Source: an uncultured Gemmatimonadales bacterium | GTDB taxonomy: Bacteria > Gemmatimonadota > Gemmatimonadetes > Longimicrobiales > RSA9 | Reading direction: 5' to 3' | NCBI GenBank assembly: GCA_963783305.1 | Contig: CAWAMW010000002.1 | Location: forward strand, 800,001 to 864,000 | DNA length: 64,000 nt | In this document: positions 41,121 to 50,931 of the stretch, one piece after another | How the letters are laid out: each line of letters opens with the position of its first letter | Position numbering within the stretch: the first letter of the stretch is position 1 | Notes under the pieces: model-generated | Seen by the model: the letters and a program-made list of their open reading frames with translations, nothing else | The model's database searches: none | What the model was told of the DNA's origin: nothing | Translations under genes and position numbers: made by a program

Positions 41121-42302
41121 ATGAGTCTGTTCGATAAGTGCTACGGGTACACGACGGCCCGGGAGGTCGAGGCCACCGGGTACTACCCGTATTTCCGGGC
41201 CATCTCCGAATCGCATGACACGGAAGTGGTCGTGGAGGGTCACCGGAAGGTGATGGTCGGCTCCAACAATTACCTGGGGCTCACGCACCACCCCCGGGTG
41301 CTGGCCGCGGCGGAGGAGGCGCTGCGGCGGTATGGCAGCGGCTGCACCGGCAGCCGGTTCCTCAACGGCACCCTGGACCTGCACGAGCGTCTCGAGGACG
41401 AGCTCGCGGCGTTCCTCGGGAAGGAGTCGGCGCTCGTGTTCAGCACCGGTTTCCAGACGAACCTGGGCGTTATTGCGAGTCTGGCCGGGCGCGGGGACCA
41501 CATCTTCAGCGACAAGTTGAACCATGCCAGCATCGTGGATGGACTCCGCCTCTCCTACGGGGAGTCCCACCGCTACGGGCACGCGGACATGGAAGGGCTC
41601 GAGCGTCGGCTGAAGAGCGTGCCGGAGGAGGCGGGCAAGATGATCGTCACGGACGGCATCTTCTCCATGGAGGGTGACATCGCGCCGCTCCCGGCCATCA
41701 CCTCGCTGGCGAAGGTGCATGGCGCGAAGGTGGTGGTCGATGACGCGCACGCGTTCGGGGTCCTGGGTCGCACGGGAGCGGGCACGGCGGAGCACTTCGG
41801 CCTGGTAGACGAGGTGGACCTGATCGTGACCACGTTCTCGAAGTCGCTGGCGTCCATTGGGGGCGTGGTGGCCGGCCCCGAGGCGGTGATCCACTACCTG
41901 AAGCACCACGCGCGTCCGCTCATCTTCAGCGCGAGCATGCCGCCATCGGCGGTGGCGACCGTGCTGGCCGCGCTGGACGTGCTGAGGACGGAGCCGGAGC
42001 GGCTGGAGTCGCTCTGGCGCAACACGCGCAGGATGCAGGCGGGGCTGAAGGACCTCGGCTACGACATCGGGGACAGCGAGACGCCGGTGGTGCCCGTGGT
42101 GATCGGCGAGCTCGACCGGATGCTCATGTTCTGGAAGGAGCTCTTCGACGCCGGCGTCTTCACGAACCCGGTCACTCCGCCGGCGGTGCCCGAGGACTCC
42201 TGCCGTCTCCGTATCTCCCTGATGGCCACGCATACGGACGACCACATCGACCAGGTCCTCGAGGCCTTCTCGCAGGTGGGCAGGCAGATGGCGGTCATCT
42301 GA
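41121..42302 (+). CDS. spt: Alpha-oxoamine synthase, probable serine palmitoyltransferase
   Basis: GSNNYLGL, GCTGSRFLNGT, NHASI, DDAH, TFSKSLASIGG (PLP Lys) and IFSASMPP. Confidence 0.8.
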   Translation: MSLFDKCYGYTTAREVEATGYYPYFRAISESHDTEVVVEGHRKVMVGSNNYLGLTHHPRVLAAAEEALRRYGSGCTGSRFLNGTLDLHERLEDELAAFLGKESALVFSTGFQTNLGVIASLAGRGDHIFSDKLNHASIVDGLRLSYGESHRYGHADMEGLERRLKSVPEEAGKMIVTDGIFSMEGDIAPLPAITSLAKVHGAKVVVDDAHAFGVLGRTGAGTAEHFGLVDEVDLIVTTFSKSLASIGGVVAGPEAVIHYLKHHARPLIFSASMPPSAVATVLAALDVLRTEPERLESLWRNTRRMQAGLKDLGYDIGDSETPVVPVVIGELDRMLMFWKELFDAGVFTNPVTPPAVPEDSCRLRISLMATHTDDHIDQVLEAFSQVGRQMAVI

Positions 42303-42304
42303 CG

Positions 42305-43453
42305 ATGCCCGAACAGGCCCACTCCCCGCTGACGGTGGTACCCGCGCGGGAGCGGTCGACCCGTGCACGCTTCATCGGCCTGCCGTGGGACATCTACGCC
42401 GGGGATGAGGCCTGGGTCCCACCCCTCCGCTCCGATGTGCGCAAGCTCATGGACCCGGCGCACCCCTTCCACGAGCACGCGGACGCCGAGTTCTTCCTGG
42501 CACTGGACGGGGACGGTAGGGCTGTGGGGCGGATCGCGGCGGTGGTGAACCGGCTGTACAACGAGTTCCACGACAGTCGAACGGGGTTCATCGGCCTGTT
42601 CGAGTCGGTGGACGATGGGAGTGTGGCGAGGGCGCTGCTGGAGACGGCCAGCGACTGGCTGCGGGCACGGGGGATGACGGAGGTCATGGGCCCGTTCAAC
42701 CTGTCGACCAACGACGAACTGTACTCGCCGGGGATCCTGCTGGACTCCTTCGACCAGCCGCCCGTCCTGCTCATGGCCCACAACCCGCCATACTATCGTC
42801 GACTGTTCGAGGAAGCCGGGTGGGAGAAGCGGAAGGACCTTCTGTCCTACTGGATGGAAGAGGAGACGGCCCCGCCGGAGCGGCTGGTGGAGGGGATGCG
42901 CCGCCTGGCGGATCGGGTGGACGGGCTGGTCGTGCGGCAGCTTCGTCTGAAAGAGCTGGACCGCGAGGTGGAGCGGATCAGGGAAGTGTACAACTCGGCG
43001 TGGGAGCGGAACTGGGGGTTCACTCCGCTGACCAATGCCGAGATCGAGCACCTCGCGTCGGATCTGAAACCCATCGTGGACGAGCGGTATGCGCTCATCG
43101 CCGAGGTCCACGGCGAGCCGGTGGGCTTCGCGCTCGCCCTTCCGGACTACAACCAGGCACTCCGCCACGTGAATGGCCGACTCTTTCCGCTGGGCATCCT
43201 GAAGCTCCTCTGGTACCGCCGAAAGATCAATCGGCTGCGCGTGCTCACCCTTGGCCTCAAGCCGGGGTACCAGCGGAAGGGCATCGATGCCCTCTTCTAC
43301 CTCAAGATCTATCAGAACGGGCTCGCCGCCGGTCTGCATCAGGCCGAGGCATCATGGATCCTGGAGGACAACTGGGGCATGCGGCGTGGGCTGGAGCGGA
43401 TGGGCGCCTACGTGTACAAAACCTACCGGGTCTACGGCACGGAGCTTGGCTGA
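42305..43453 (+). CDS. YghO-like GNAT acyltransferase (candidate bacterial ceramide synthase, bCerS)
   Basis: WVPPL...HPF, GRIAA, GFIGLFE, GPFNLSTNDE, NPPYY, AWERNWGF and SWILEDN; starts 2 nt after spt. Confidence 0.75.
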   Translation: MPEQAHSPLTVVPARERSTRARFIGLPWDIYAGDEAWVPPLRSDVRKLMDPAHPFHEHADAEFFLALDGDGRAVGRIAAVVNRLYNEFHDSRTGFIGLFESVDDGSVARALLETASDWLRARGMTEVMGPFNLSTNDELYSPGILLDSFDQPPVLLMAHNPPYYRRLFEEAGWEKRKDLLSYWMEEETAPPERLVEGMRRLADRVDGLVVRQLRLKELDREVERIREVYNSAWERNWGFTPLTNAEIEHLASDLKPIVDERYALIAEVHGEPVGFALALPDYNQALRHVNGRLFPLGILKLLWYRRKINRLRVLTLGLKPGYQRKGIDALFYLKIYQNGLAAGLHQAEASWILEDNWGMRRGLERMGAYVYKTYRVYGTELG

Positions 43454-44306
43454 CCCTTCCGCATCCCCCGTCGACCGGCTGCTGGGCGGCTACCTCCTCC
43501 TCACCGCCCTCGCGGTGGCGTTCCCGCACAGGCCGGAAGGCTGGCCAGTCCTGCTTTCCGCCCACCTGGCGCTGGGGCTGGCGCTCCTCGCGGGCGCTCC
43601 CCACCGGATCCAGGCGACCACGCGATCCAAGCCGATCCGCGTTCTCGTCGACTGGTACCCGCTGCTTCTCATGCCCGCGCTGTACTGGGAGCTGCCGATG
43701 CTTGGTGGCTCGCTCTGGGGCGGCCATTTCTTCGATGCCGTGGTCCAGAGCTGGGAAGCCCGACTGTTCGGCGGTCAGCCGAGCGCGGATTTGGCGGGGC
43801 GCTTGCCCTGGCTGCCGCTCTCAGAGCTGCTGCACCTCTTCTATCTCGCCTACTACCCCGTCATCTACCTCTTTCCGGCGGTGCTGTACATCCGTGGACG
43901 GAGGGAGTCGTTCCGGGCCACGGTGTTCGCCGTCATGTTCGGCTTCACGGCCTGCTACGTGGTCTTCACGCTCTTTCCCGTGCAGGGGCCCCGCTACCTC
44001 TTCCCCGCACCGGGCGGGGCTCCCGCCGATGGCTGGGTGTACCAGCTGACCCACCGGATCCTCGAGAACGGGTCCAGCCAGGGTGCGGCGTTCCCATCCT
44101 CCCACGCGGCGATCGCCGCCGTGCAGACGGTGAACGCGCGCCGATACCTGCCTAAGGCGACCCCGCTCCTGGCGCTGATCACCGCGGGGATCTGCGCGGG
44201 GGCGGTGTACGGCGGCTTCCACTACGGCATCGATATGGTGATCGGTGCGGCGTTCGGGTTCTTCCTGGGCTGGCTGGCGCCCTCCGCTCGCCGGGCGCTG
44301 GCGTGA
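43446..44306 (+). CDS. PAP2/Aur1-like integral membrane phosphotransferase or phosphatase
   Basis: Multiple TMs; FPVQGPR, AAFPSSH and HYGID motifs. TTG start overlaps the upstream gene. Confidence 0.8.
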   Translation: MADPSASPVDRLLGGYLLLTALAVAFPHRPEGWPVLLSAHLALGLALLAGAPHRIQATTRSKPIRVLVDWYPLLLMPALYWELPMLGGSLWGGHFFDAVVQSWEARLFGGQPSADLAGRLPWLPLSELLHLFYLAYYPVIYLFPAVLYIRGRRESFRATVFAVMFGFTACYVVFTLFPVQGPRYLFPAPGGAPADGWVYQLTHRILENGSSQGAAFPSSHAAIAAVQTVNARRYLPKATPLLALITAGICAGAVYGGFHYGIDMVIGAAFGFFLGWLAPSARRALA

Positions 44307-45046
44307 ACCGGCGACTCGGGTGGGCGGTGGGGCTTGGAACAGCGGCCATCACGCTTGGGCTCTGGCTCGTACTGGAGGGGCTGCCGTGGCCGTCCCGCTC
44401 CTTCACCGTGGTGCTGCTGGGGCCGCTCCCGGCGCTGATGCTGCTGCAGGCCCGGATGGTGGACCGCATGCCGCAGGAAGCGGAGCGCGAGGCGGTATAT
44501 GTGTCCTCGGCCGTCACCGTGTGGCTCCTGGCCGGGCTGGCAATGCTGGCCGCGCGCCTGAGCGGAATCACCCGTGAGGAGCTGCGACTCGTCGACCTGC
44601 CGGTCGGCACTCTCCTTCTCGCCGCCGGGGTGACCGTGGGAGCGGGTGTGGCGATCATGGCGGTGGGCAAGCTCGTGCGGGTCCCCGAGTCCGACCTGCT
44701 GGGGTACCTGATACCCCGGAGCGGCAGCGAGAGGATCGCATTCACCGGACTCTCCATCTCGGCGGGGATCGCCGAGGAGCTCGTCTATCGCAGCTTCCTG
44801 ATCTCGGCCGTCACCGCGGCGGCCGGGTCCCTCGCCGTCGGGGCGGCCGTGAGCGTGGGGGCATTCGCGATTTCCCACGCGTATCAGGGTGTTCTCGGCG
44901 TGCTGCGCGTAGCACTCCTCGGGCTCGTTCTCACGGCTCCGTTCCTGCTCACCGGCAGCGTCTATCCCGCCATGATCGCCCACGCCTCGCTCGACCTCCT
45001 GGCCGGTCTCGTCCTGGCCGACTGGCTCCTGCCCGACGGGGACTGA
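44303..45046 (+). CDS. CPBP (Abi/CAAX) intramembrane protease
   Basis: EELVYRS, FAISHAYQG and MIAHASLD. Confidence 0.88.
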   Translation: MNRRLGWAVGLGTAAITLGLWLVLEGLPWPSRSFTVVLLGPLPALMLLQARMVDRMPQEAEREAVYVSSAVTVWLLAGLAMLAARLSGITREELRLVDLPVGTLLLAAGVTVGAGVAIMAVGKLVRVPESDLLGYLIPRSGSERIAFTGLSISAGIAEELVYRSFLISAVTAAAGSLAVGAAVSVGAFAISHAYQGVLGVLRVALLGLVLTAPFLLTGSVYPAMIAHASLDLLAGLVLADWLLPDGD

Positions 45047-45346
45047 GCCCGTGCTGGCGCCGCTATCGAGACGCCCATGCGCTGCCGGGAAAGGTGGAGG
45101 AAACCCACCAGCGCCGCGTGGCGATCCGGGCCCGAGCGACACGGTGGGTCCCGTACCGGATCCCGAGCGGCCGTTACCAGGGTTTTCCTTCCACAGCAGC
45201 GCCCCGACCGACGCCGTAACATCCCGGTGTACCGCCGCGCCCGACCGCGGTGAGGTGTGGAACCGGAACGACCATTGCGCGTACAATTCGTGGGGCCGGG
45301 GGGAACCGGCTCAAGCGCGCAGGCCGCCAAGGGGAGGAACAGGCCT

Positions 45347-45757
45347 ATGATCCTGCGACTTTCGTTCGAAGAAATGACGGCGCTCAACTCCGCGGCGCAG
45401 CGGCTGTTCGACGCGACCGGTGGTGGGACCGTGCTGGCCCCGCCCGAGGCGATGGCGGAGCTGGAGTCCCGCCTTCCGCTGGAGGGCGACATCTCGGTAA
45501 AGACGCTGCCCGAGCAGTTCCGGCTGAGCGGTGCCGTCGCGATGATCCTCGACGACCTGAAGCTGCGCATGGACAGGTTCATCGTAGAGCAGTACGTGGG
45601 CTCCGAGGACGCGGTCAACGCGTACTTCGATTATGCCAACGTGCTCGCGGCCCAGGCGCGGCTCATGGGTCTCCGGCACGAGATGGAGGCCCTGGCGGAG
45701 ATCATGGCGGGCGACGATCCGGCCCAGCGACTGGAGGGGATCACGTTCCCGGATTGA
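45347..45757 (+). CDS. Hypothetical helical protein
   Basis: GGAGG RBS before ATG 45347; protein-like composition. Confidence 0.7.
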   Translation: MILRLSFEEMTALNSAAQRLFDATGGGTVLAPPEAMAELESRLPLEGDISVKTLPEQFRLSGAVAMILDDLKLRMDRFIVEQYVGSEDAVNAYFDYANVLAAQARLMGLRHEMEALAEIMAGDDPAQRLEGITFPD

Positions 45758-45841
45758 CCCGGTGCGCGCGGCGCGGGACCTTGATCGGCCGGACGATGGG
45801 GATCGTCCGGCCGATCGTACATTCAGGGGGGACGGAGCGAC

Positions 45842-46561
45842 ATGACGGATCCGAGCACGGAGACGGTGCTGATCACGGGCGCCTCGCGCGGTCTCGGTCG
45901 AGCGCTTGCCGAAGCGTTCGCGGCGGCGGGCGCGCGACTGGTTCTCTGCGCCCGGGGAGAACGTGACCTGCTGAAGGTGTCGGAATCGCTGGAGCGGAGC
46001 GGGGCGGAGGTGGAAGCGGGCGCGGCGGACGTGTCGAACGAGGCGGCCGTTGCGGCGCTGGTCGCACGAGCGGCGGAGCGGTTCGGCCCGATCAACACGC
46101 TGATCAACAACGCCTCCGTCCTGGGACCACGAGTCCCCCTCCGCGAACATTCAGGGTCGGAATGGCGGAAGGTGATCGATGTGAACCTCACGGGGACGCT
46201 CGTGCCGATCCTCGCGGTGCTCCCCGGAATGCGCGAGTGCGGCCGCGGCGCCATTATCAATGTGTCATCCGGGGTGGGGAACACGCCCCGGCAGCGGTGG
46301 GGTGCCTACGCCGTGAGCAAGTGGGGCGTTGAGGCGCTGTCGAAGAATCTGGCGCTGGAAGAGGAGGACGCCGGCATTCGCGTCAACATCGTGGATCCGG
46401 GTCGCCTTCGGACGGACATGCGGCGCGAAGCCTACCCTGACGAAGACCCGATGAAGCCGGCACCACCCGAGGCGGCGGTGCCCGTGTTCCTCTGGCTCGC
46501 TTCCGACCGGTCCCGCGGCGTCACCGGCAAGCGCTTCCGTGCCCTCGAATGGGCGGAATAG
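45842..46561 (+). CDS. Short-chain dehydrogenase/reductase
   Basis: TGASRGLG, NNAS, NVSS and YAVSK. Confidence 0.92.
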   Translation: MTDPSTETVLITGASRGLGRALAEAFAAAGARLVLCARGERDLLKVSESLERSGAEVEAGAADVSNEAAVAALVARAAERFGPINTLINNASVLGPRVPLREHSGSEWRKVIDVNLTGTLVPILAVLPGMRECGRGAIINVSSGVGNTPRQRWGAYAVSKWGVEALSKNLALEEEDAGIRVNIVDPGRLRTDMRREAYPDEDPMKPAPPEAAVPVFLWLASDRSRGVTGKRFRALEWAE

Positions 46562-46629
46562 GGCCGCGATTTCGCCGTGCACGAAACCTGCACACCCGCA
46601 GGGACAACTCATTGCAAGGAGCCCGACCC

Positions 46630-46971
46630 ATGAAGCGACTACGCGTTTTCACCCTCGTCGCACTGACCGCCTTCGTGGCCGTCGCGAGCGGCGCCTGTGC
46701 CCGCAACGTCATGCTGAACGAGGACGCCGGCCAGACCTACGCGGTGAACGTGATCAACCGGATGCCGCACGCCATGACCATCGCCTACGACGACGGGCAG
46801 ACCACCCGGCCGCTGGGCACGGTGGCGGCGGACCGGTCCGAGCGATTCGTGCTGGCCGCCGTGAGCGGCTCGACCATCACGCTGGTGGCCAGGGACGCGG
46901 CCGACACGCACACCGTGCGGAGGACGGTGACACTGTCTCCCGGCTCCACGGTGGACGTGGTGATCGACTGA
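46630..46971 (+). CDS. Small beta-rich lipoprotein
   Basis: AAGGAG RBS; signal peptide ending SGAC. Confidence 0.75.
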   Translation: MKRLRVFTLVALTAFVAVASGACARNVMLNEDAGQTYAVNVINRMPHAMTIAYDDGQTTRPLGTVAADRSERFVLAAVSGSTITLVARDAADTHTVRRTVTLSPGSTVDVVID

Positions 46972-46985
46972 ATACCCGGCGCCAC

Positions 46986-49346
46986 CTAGCGCAGGTGGCG
47001 CTCGAAGAGCTCCAGGATCCGGCGGTACTCGTCGGTCCAGGAGGCGGGTTCCTCGAAGGCGTGCCCTTCGACGGGGTAGACGGCGAGCTCCCAGTCCTCC
47101 TTGCCGAGCTCGATCAGCCGCTGTGCCAGGCGCACCACGTCCTGGAAATGGACGTTGGTGTCCACCATGCCGTGGGCGATGAGGAGCGGGTCCTCGAGCC
47201 CTTCCGCGAAGTAGATCGGTGAGGACCGGCGATAGGCCTCATCGTCGAACTGCGGCAGGTTCAGGATACGGCCGGTGTACCAGTGGTTGTAGTGCGCCCA
47301 GTCGGTCACGGACCGCAGCGCGGCGCCGGCTGCGAAGTGCTCGGCCTCGGTGAACAGCGCCATCAGGGTAATGAACCCGCCGTACGACCCGCCGTAGATC
47401 CCGATGCGCCCGGGGTCGACCCCCTCGACCTCGGCCAGGTACCGGGCGCCATCCACCTGGTCGGAGAGGTCCTTGCCGCCCATGTGCCTGTAAATGGCGG
47501 TCCGCCAATCTCTTCCGTAGCCTTCGGAGCCGCGGTAGTCGATGTCCAGCACCGTGTATCCCTTCGACGCCAGGAGGTGGTGGAACATGTACTCACGGTA
47601 ATAGCTGCTCCAGCCGCGGTGCACGTTCTGCAGGTAGCCGGCACCGTGGACAAAGATCACGCCCGCGCCGTTGGGAACGCCCCCGACGTCGGCAGGTCGA
47701 TAGATCCGGGCCGGCAGCGCGGCGCCATCGGACGCGGTGAACCGGACGATCTCGGGCTCGATCCAGGGGAAGCTGCTCCACTCCTCCGTGGGCGAGACCG
47801 TGAGGCGAGTCATGGGCGAGCCCGGACGGTTCCGCATCGCGTATAGCTCCGGCGGCGAGTTGGCCGTGGAGTAGATGGCGGCGAGCCGGTCTCCATCGGG
47901 CGACGGCGTGACATCCCAGATCCCCGGCCGATCCGTGATCCGCGTACGGTTTCCGCCACGAATCGGCATGGTGTAAAAGTGGTACTCGTGCGGCGAGGCC
48001 TCGTTGGTGGTGAGGTAGAAGGCGCGCTCATCGGCGGAGATCCCGACGTCGTGAACCTCCCAATCGCCGCTGGTGAGCTGTCGGGGATCACCGCCCGCGG
48101 CCGCCACTGTGTAGAGGTGGGCATAGCCGGACCTCTCGCTCACGAACCATACGCTCTCTCCGTCGGGCATCCATCCCGCGCAGAACGCGCAGGGTCCGCC
48201 GATCCAGGCGCGGTCGTAGTCGTGGACGATGGTGCGGACCGCTCCGGTGGTGGCGTCCACGATGTGGAGCCAGCGGTGCTTGAAGTCGTAGGAGACCGCC
48301 TCGACCAGGCCCAGCGTTCCCGCCCGGTTCCAGCCCCGGAGCGCGATGAGAGCCAGGTCGGGGAGCTCGCCCTCGGGGAGGCCCACCGAGTCCTCGGCCG
48401 TGACCTCTACGTCCGGGGACAGATCGAGCCAGGTGATGTCCCCGGTGGCGATCTCCACGAGCCCCACCCGTGCAGTGCTCTGCCCGTCCCCGACTTTGCT
48501 CCGGACGTCCAGCGGCTGCGTGTAGCCCGACGCCGTGACGTAATCGGGCACCATGGTCTGGCGCTCGTCCTCCGCCCTGCGCCCCACCTGGACGAGGGCC
48601 CAGCGCTCCGTGGGGGCGACCATGACGCCCTGGAGCCGCTCCTGCTCGTCGATCCGGATCGGCTGCCGCTCCTCCGACTCCCGCGCCTCCCGTTCGGCCT
48701 CCGCCTCCTCCCGCAGCTCGACCTCGCGGCGGACATGTTCAAACAGCTCCGTCTGCTGCTCCTCCAGGTAGGCGGCCAACCCCTCCGCCTCGCGGTCGGG
48801 GGGTTCCGGCCCCTTGGTGATGGATGTCAGCTGCCGCAGTGTGCCGTCCTCCCGCGACAACGCGAACGCGGCGTCATCCCGGGTGAAATAGATGGTCTCG
48901 CCATCACGGCTGAATGTGGGGTCCCGCTCTGCGGCCTCCGTGCGCGTGAGTCTGCGGGTGCGATCGCGGCGGCGGTCGAGGAGCCAGAGGTCGCCCTGGT
49001 GGCTGACGACCTTCCAGCGGCGGTCGCGGGTCAGGTCCCCGGCGGCGAGGAGCACGCCGGCCGAGTCCATGTGCTCCTCCGAGACCTGTTCCGGCGTGCC
49101 ACCGCGGGCGGGAACGCGATAGAACTCGGGCTCCTCGAACCAGGGTCTTCCGCCCGCCTTCCAGCGGAAGTAGATCCACTCCCCGTCGTCGGTCCACCGG
49201 ACGAAGCTCGGGTCGGAGCCCACGTGCTCCGGCCCCCGCATGATGTTTTCGACGGTGAGCTCGAAAGCCTGGGCGTGGAGCGGATTCGGATGGCCGGTCC
49301 CGGCCAGGGCCAGAACCACCAGCGCGACGAGGGTGCTACGGATCAT
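46986..49346 (-). CDS. Secreted S9 (DPP IV-like) peptidase
   Basis: Beta-propeller region; GGSYGG (Ser), DTNV (Asp) and EGHAF (His). Confidence 0.92.
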   Translation of the reverse strand: MIRSTLVALVVLALAGTGHPNPLHAQAFELTVENIMRGPEHVGSDPSFVRWTDDGEWIYFRWKAGGRPWFEEPEFYRVPARGGTPEQVSEEHMDSAGVLLAAGDLTRDRRWKVVSHQGDLWLLDRRRDRTRRLTRTEAAERDPTFSRDGETIYFTRDDAAFALSREDGTLRQLTSITKGPEPPDREAEGLAAYLEEQQTELFEHVRREVELREEAEAEREARESEERQPIRIDEQERLQGVMVAPTERWALVQVGRRAEDERQTMVPDYVTASGYTQPLDVRSKVGDGQSTARVGLVEIATGDITWLDLSPDVEVTAEDSVGLPEGELPDLALIALRGWNRAGTLGLVEAVSYDFKHRWLHIVDATTGAVRTIVHDYDRAWIGGPCAFCAGWMPDGESVWFVSERSGYAHLYTVAAAGGDPRQLTSGDWEVHDVGISADERAFYLTTNEASPHEYHFYTMPIRGGNRTRITDRPGIWDVTPSPDGDRLAAIYSTANSPPELYAMRNRPGSPMTRLTVSPTEEWSSFPWIEPEIVRFTASDGAALPARIYRPADVGGVPNGAGVIFVHGAGYLQNVHRGWSSYYREYMFHHLLASKGYTVLDIDYRGSEGYGRDWRTAIYRHMGGKDLSDQVDGARYLAEVEGVDPGRIGIYGGSYGGFITLMALFTEAEHFAAGAALRSVTDWAHYNHWYTGRILNLPQFDDEAYRRSSPIYFAEGLEDPLLIAHGMVDTNVHFQDVVRLAQRLIELGKEDWELAVYPVEGHAFEEPASWTDEYRRILELFERHLR

Positions 49347-49399
49347 GGAGTCTCTTGGTTCGGGTAGGACGAGCCACGAAGCTACCCCTGCGTCCGACC

Positions 49400-50509
49400 T
49401 CACTCAAGTCGTGCCGGTCCTCCATCGCCCAAGCTGATCCCCAGGTCCCGGGCGGTCTGCACGATGTCGGAATCCAGCGGCACCGTCTTCATCTGCTTGA
49501 TCGCCTCCTCCAGCGGGACCGCGCGCACGTCCGGCGGATCCAGCGCGACCATGGTGCCGTAGCTCTCATCGGCGACGCAGCGGACGGCCGCGGCGCCGAA
49601 GCGCAGCGCGATGAGGCGATCGTAGGCTATGGGCGACCCTCCCCGCTGCAGGTGCCCCAGGACGAGCGAGCGCGTCTCCTTGCCCGTGGCCTCGGTGATC
49701 TGGTGCGCGACACGCTCGGCGATCCCGCCGTACCGCGCCTCGCTCCCCGGCTGCGCCGGCTCCACAAGGGCCGTGTCCCCCTCCGCCGGCCGGGCCCCCT
49801 CGGCCACCACGACGATGGAGAACATGCGGCCGGCGGCATCGCGGTCCACGACCTTCTTGCAGACTTCCTCGATCCGGTAGGGGATCTCCGGGATCAGGAT
49901 CACGTCAGCGGTGGCACTCACGCCGGCGAACAGGGCGATCCATCCCGTATGGCGGCCCATGAGCTCCACGACCATGACGCGTTCGTGGCTCTCGGCGGTG
50001 GAGTGCAGTTTGTCGAGCGCCTCGGAGGCGGTCTGCACGGCCGTGTGGAACCCGAACGTGACCTGCGTGGCCGCCAGGTCGTTGTCGATGGTCTTCGGCA
50101 CTCCCACCACCGGGAGCCCTTTCTTGAAAAGCTCGTTGGCAATGTGGAGCGATCCGTCCCCGCCAATGGCCACCATGGCGTCGAAGCCGTGGCGGTTGAA
50201 CGCCTCGATCACCTCGTCCGAACGGTCCAGCACGTGGATCTTCCCGTTCTTCATCCGGACCGGCCACTCGAACGGGTTCCCCCGGTTGGTCGTCCCCAGG
50301 ATGGTGCCGCCGAGGTGCGTGATCCCCCGCACCGACTCCCGGTCGAGGTCCACCAGCTCATCCTCGCCCAGGAGACCGCCATACCCCTTCCGCACGCCGT
50401 AGACCTCCCAGCCACGGTTCAGGGCGGAAAGTACGGTCGCTCGTATCACCGCATTCAGACCGGGCGCGTCCCCGCCGCCGGTGCTGATGGCTATCTTCTT
50501 CCGCGTCAT
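49400..50509 (-). CDS. pfkA: 6-phosphofructokinase (group III-like, probably ATP-dependent)
   Basis: GGGDAPGLN, GGDGS, PKTIDND, ELMGR and LGHLQRGG. Confidence 0.93.
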   Translation of the reverse strand: MTRKKIAISTGGGDAPGLNAVIRATVLSALNRGWEVYGVRKGYGGLLGEDELVDLDRESVRGITHLGGTILGTTNRGNPFEWPVRMKNGKIHVLDRSDEVIEAFNRHGFDAMVAIGGDGSLHIANELFKKGLPVVGVPKTIDNDLAATQVTFGFHTAVQTASEALDKLHSTAESHERVMVVELMGRHTGWIALFAGVSATADVILIPEIPYRIEEVCKKVVDRDAAGRMFSIVVVAEGARPAEGDTALVEPAQPGSEARYGGIAERVAHQITEATGKETRSLVLGHLQRGGSPIAYDRLIALRFGAAAVRCVADESYGTMVALDPPDVRAVPLEEAIKQMKTVPLDSDIVQTARDLGISLGDGGPARLE

Positions 50510-50522
50510 TCCAGTGGGCTCC

Positions 50523-50750
50523 TTACCGTGCCCCAGCGAGCCGGTCCCGCACGTCCTCCCATTCGGCGTGCCTTCCCGTCTGCTTCTTTGAGTAGATCAA
50601 CTCCCCGTCCTTCTCCACCTCGAACACGCCGCCGCTGGACTCGATGAGCTCAACGGTGGCGTCGGGGAACGACTCCCTGATCCGTGCCTCCATCCTGGAG
50701 GCTCGAGGCAGGTAGTTTCAGATGCCGCAGTACTCGATCGTGATCTTCAT
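50523..50750 (-). CDS. Rdx/SelW-family selenoprotein (in-frame UGA at 50718-50720 read as Sec)
   Basis: Read-through gives MKITIEYCGI-U-NYLPRASRMEARIRESFPDATVELIESSGGVFEVEKDGELIYSKKQTGRHAEWEDVRDRLAGAR*, with CxxU and GGVFEV...LIYSKK Rdx motifs. AGGAG RBS upstream. Confidence 0.9.
50686..50702 (-). promoter_or_regulatory. Candidate bacterial SECIS apical hairpin
   Basis: GCCUCC-AGGAU-GGAGGC begins at nt +16 after the UGA and has a G-containing loop. Confidence 0.6.
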
Positions 50751-50931
50751 GGTCTGCTCCTGTGTCTGTCGGGGTCTTAGGTTGTGTCGCCGGGCCGCCA
50801 CGGGCAAGAGCCGGGGGATCGCCCCCGGCATATTGGTTCCATTCTCCGCAGGGGGATGCGTCGCCGCGGTACGGGCCCCCGCGGGTCGGTGCTCCCATTT
50901 CACGGCGTTCGGAAGACCGGTACATTCCCTG

